From a virus (taxonomy: Duplodnaviria > Heunggongvirae > Uroviricota > Caudoviricetes), in IMG/VR virus record IMGVR_UViG_3300031565_000009: DNA of 14,752 nt. One strand, 5' to 3'. A program made the translations under genes and the position numbers. Below the pieces are notes generated by a model that was given only the letters and a program-made list of their open reading frames with translations, searched no databases and had not been told where the DNA came from. Numbering within the stretch: position 1 is the stretch's first letter; the number at the start of each line of letters is the position of its first letter. Positions 13,694 through 14,752 of the stretch are shown in pieces.

Positions 13694-14080
13694 GGTCCCT
13701 TTCGATTTGGCGCACCGCGATCTTGGCCCAGCCTCGCTCGATCTGGATTGCCGCGCCGGCTGACGTGATTTGACCCTCTCTCTCACCCTCTGCCGCGTCA
13801 GCACTCCCTAACCTTCACCACGGTCAGACTAAAGAGCACCCGGTCGCGCTGGTCGTAGGGGTTGTGTCGGTTCTACTGATTTTGACCCCGCCCGCCACCC
13901 ACCCGCCGTTAGCTTCCCTAGTTCGAGGCCGAACAATCTGCATCATCGCTACAATCGGAAGCCTCGTCGGTCCTTCGTCGTTCGTCAAAGGAGTGATGAT
14001 TGCCCACGCCCCGCCGATCATCCGCCGGGAGTCGAGGGCCACGCCCGGGAGTCGGGGCCGGTCGTGTCGGTTGCAGTGAT

Positions 14081-14117
14081 TGCCTACTTTTTAGGCACTG
14101 TGCCTACTTTTTAGGCA
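14081..14117. repeat. Tandem hairpin element TGCCTA-CTTTT-TAGGCA x2 (third copy 14433-14449)
   Basis: Exact 17-mers at 14081-14097 and 14101-14117; one-mismatch copy at 14433-14449. Confidence 0.9.
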
Positions 14118-14373
14118 GTCCTGGTTGTGACGGTTCTGCTAGATTTGCAATAAACAACTACTACCCTGGTAGTAGCTAACCGCGCGTGTAAATCGACTGC
14201 TCCGGCTATGCCGATCCTAGCGCTAGCGCCGGAAATGCACCCGCAAGCTACAATGATGCAACTATCAATTATATCGAGACTTACGACTATGCCGGCTTTG
14301 CCTTTCCGGCGCAATGTAGTAGATATTCCGGCGCGGAGTTGAGGCCCGCGCCCGCCCGCAAGAGACAGGTAGC

Positions 14374-14433
14374 GGTTGTCCTGGTTGTCCTGGTTGTCCT
14401 GGTTGTCCTGGTTGTCCTGGTTGTCCTGGTTGT
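14374..14433. repeat. Perfect 9-bp tandem array, GGTTGTCCT x6 plus 6 nt
   Basis: Read directly; a lone unit also occurs at about 14118-14128. Confidence 0.97.
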
Positions 14434-14520
14434 GCCTACTTTTTAGGTAGTGATGCCTAAAATAGTGGCACTGATTGCATCAATTGCAGCTTGCGGGTTG
14501 TATCGAGCGGGTCTTGCGCA

Positions 14521-14752
14521 GGCCCCGCCCGCCCGCCCGCCCGCCCGCCCGGCCACGGGCCGGCCACGGGCCGGAGTCGAGGGCAGGCCCCGCCCGCCGA
14601 TCATCCGCCCGGGAGTCGAGGGCCACGCCCGGCCGCCCGGCCACGGGCTGGAGTCGAGGGCAGGCCCCGCCCGGCCACGGGCCGGAGTCGAGGGCAGGCC
14701 CCGCCCGCCGATCATCCGCCCGGGAGTCGAGGGCAGGCCCCCGCCCGGCCAC
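14521..14752. repeat. GC-rich modular repeat region with GGAGTCGAGGG cores
   Basis: GCCC run at 14527-14550; GGAGTCGAGGG at 14573, 14612, 14650, 14684, 14723; perfect 61-bp direct repeat 14562-14622 / 14673-14733. Runs off the window edge. Confidence 0.92.

Larger units (their letters stand above)
1..14752 (-). mobile_element. Phage-like or MGE early/accessory region (boundaries not visible)
   Basis: Nearly all genes are co-oriented, small, hypothetical and overlapping (ATGA-type coupling). Repeated strong sigma70-like promoters, SprT, OB-fold protein, Spo11-like and serine recombinase genes; no housekeeping genes. No structural phage genes are present, so phage versus ICE or plasmid is unresolved. 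Confidence 0.65.

Noticed and set aside
9416-14752. CRISPR array interpretation of the tandem and GC-rich repeats
   Set aside because: Units are 9-12 bp with no unique spacers, the GC-rich inter-core segments are reused modules, and there are no cas genes.
13824-14752. Short ORFs at 13824-14042, 13864-14079, 14111-14314, 14443-14715 and 14480-14752
   Set aside because: Low-complexity or repeat-derived translations without SD sites or domains.

Overview
GC-rich bacterial DNA that reads like the early/accessory arm of a phage or another large mobile element. About 25 mostly small, tightly packed or translationally coupled genes lie on the minus strand, in units driven by six sigma70-type promoters; five of these are a conserved TTGACT-N16-TAnnnT family. 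Recognisable products: a Spo11/Topo VI-A-like protein with intact catalytic motifs (2823-3791), an adjacent GHKL ATPase with a C-terminal HExxH module (1281-2720), a second GHKL-like protein with permuted motif order (<1-644, absent from the ORF track), a SprT-like metalloprotease, a Zn-finger/OB-fold protein, and two paralogous serine recombinases, one with a degenerate catalytic loop and a duplicated DNA-binding domain. Four long perfect or near-perfect 12-bp tandem arrays, each with a different unit, sit at gene starts or stops. One divergent plus-strand gene (12754-13140) is followed by about 1.5 kb of apparently non-coding DNA with an AT-rich inverted-repeat block, palindromes, a 9-bp array and GC-rich iteron-like repeats, possibly an origin or genome end. 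There are no capsid, terminase, tRNA, rRNA or CRISPR features, so element type and host are inferences. All family calls come from motif recognition by eye, not database searches.
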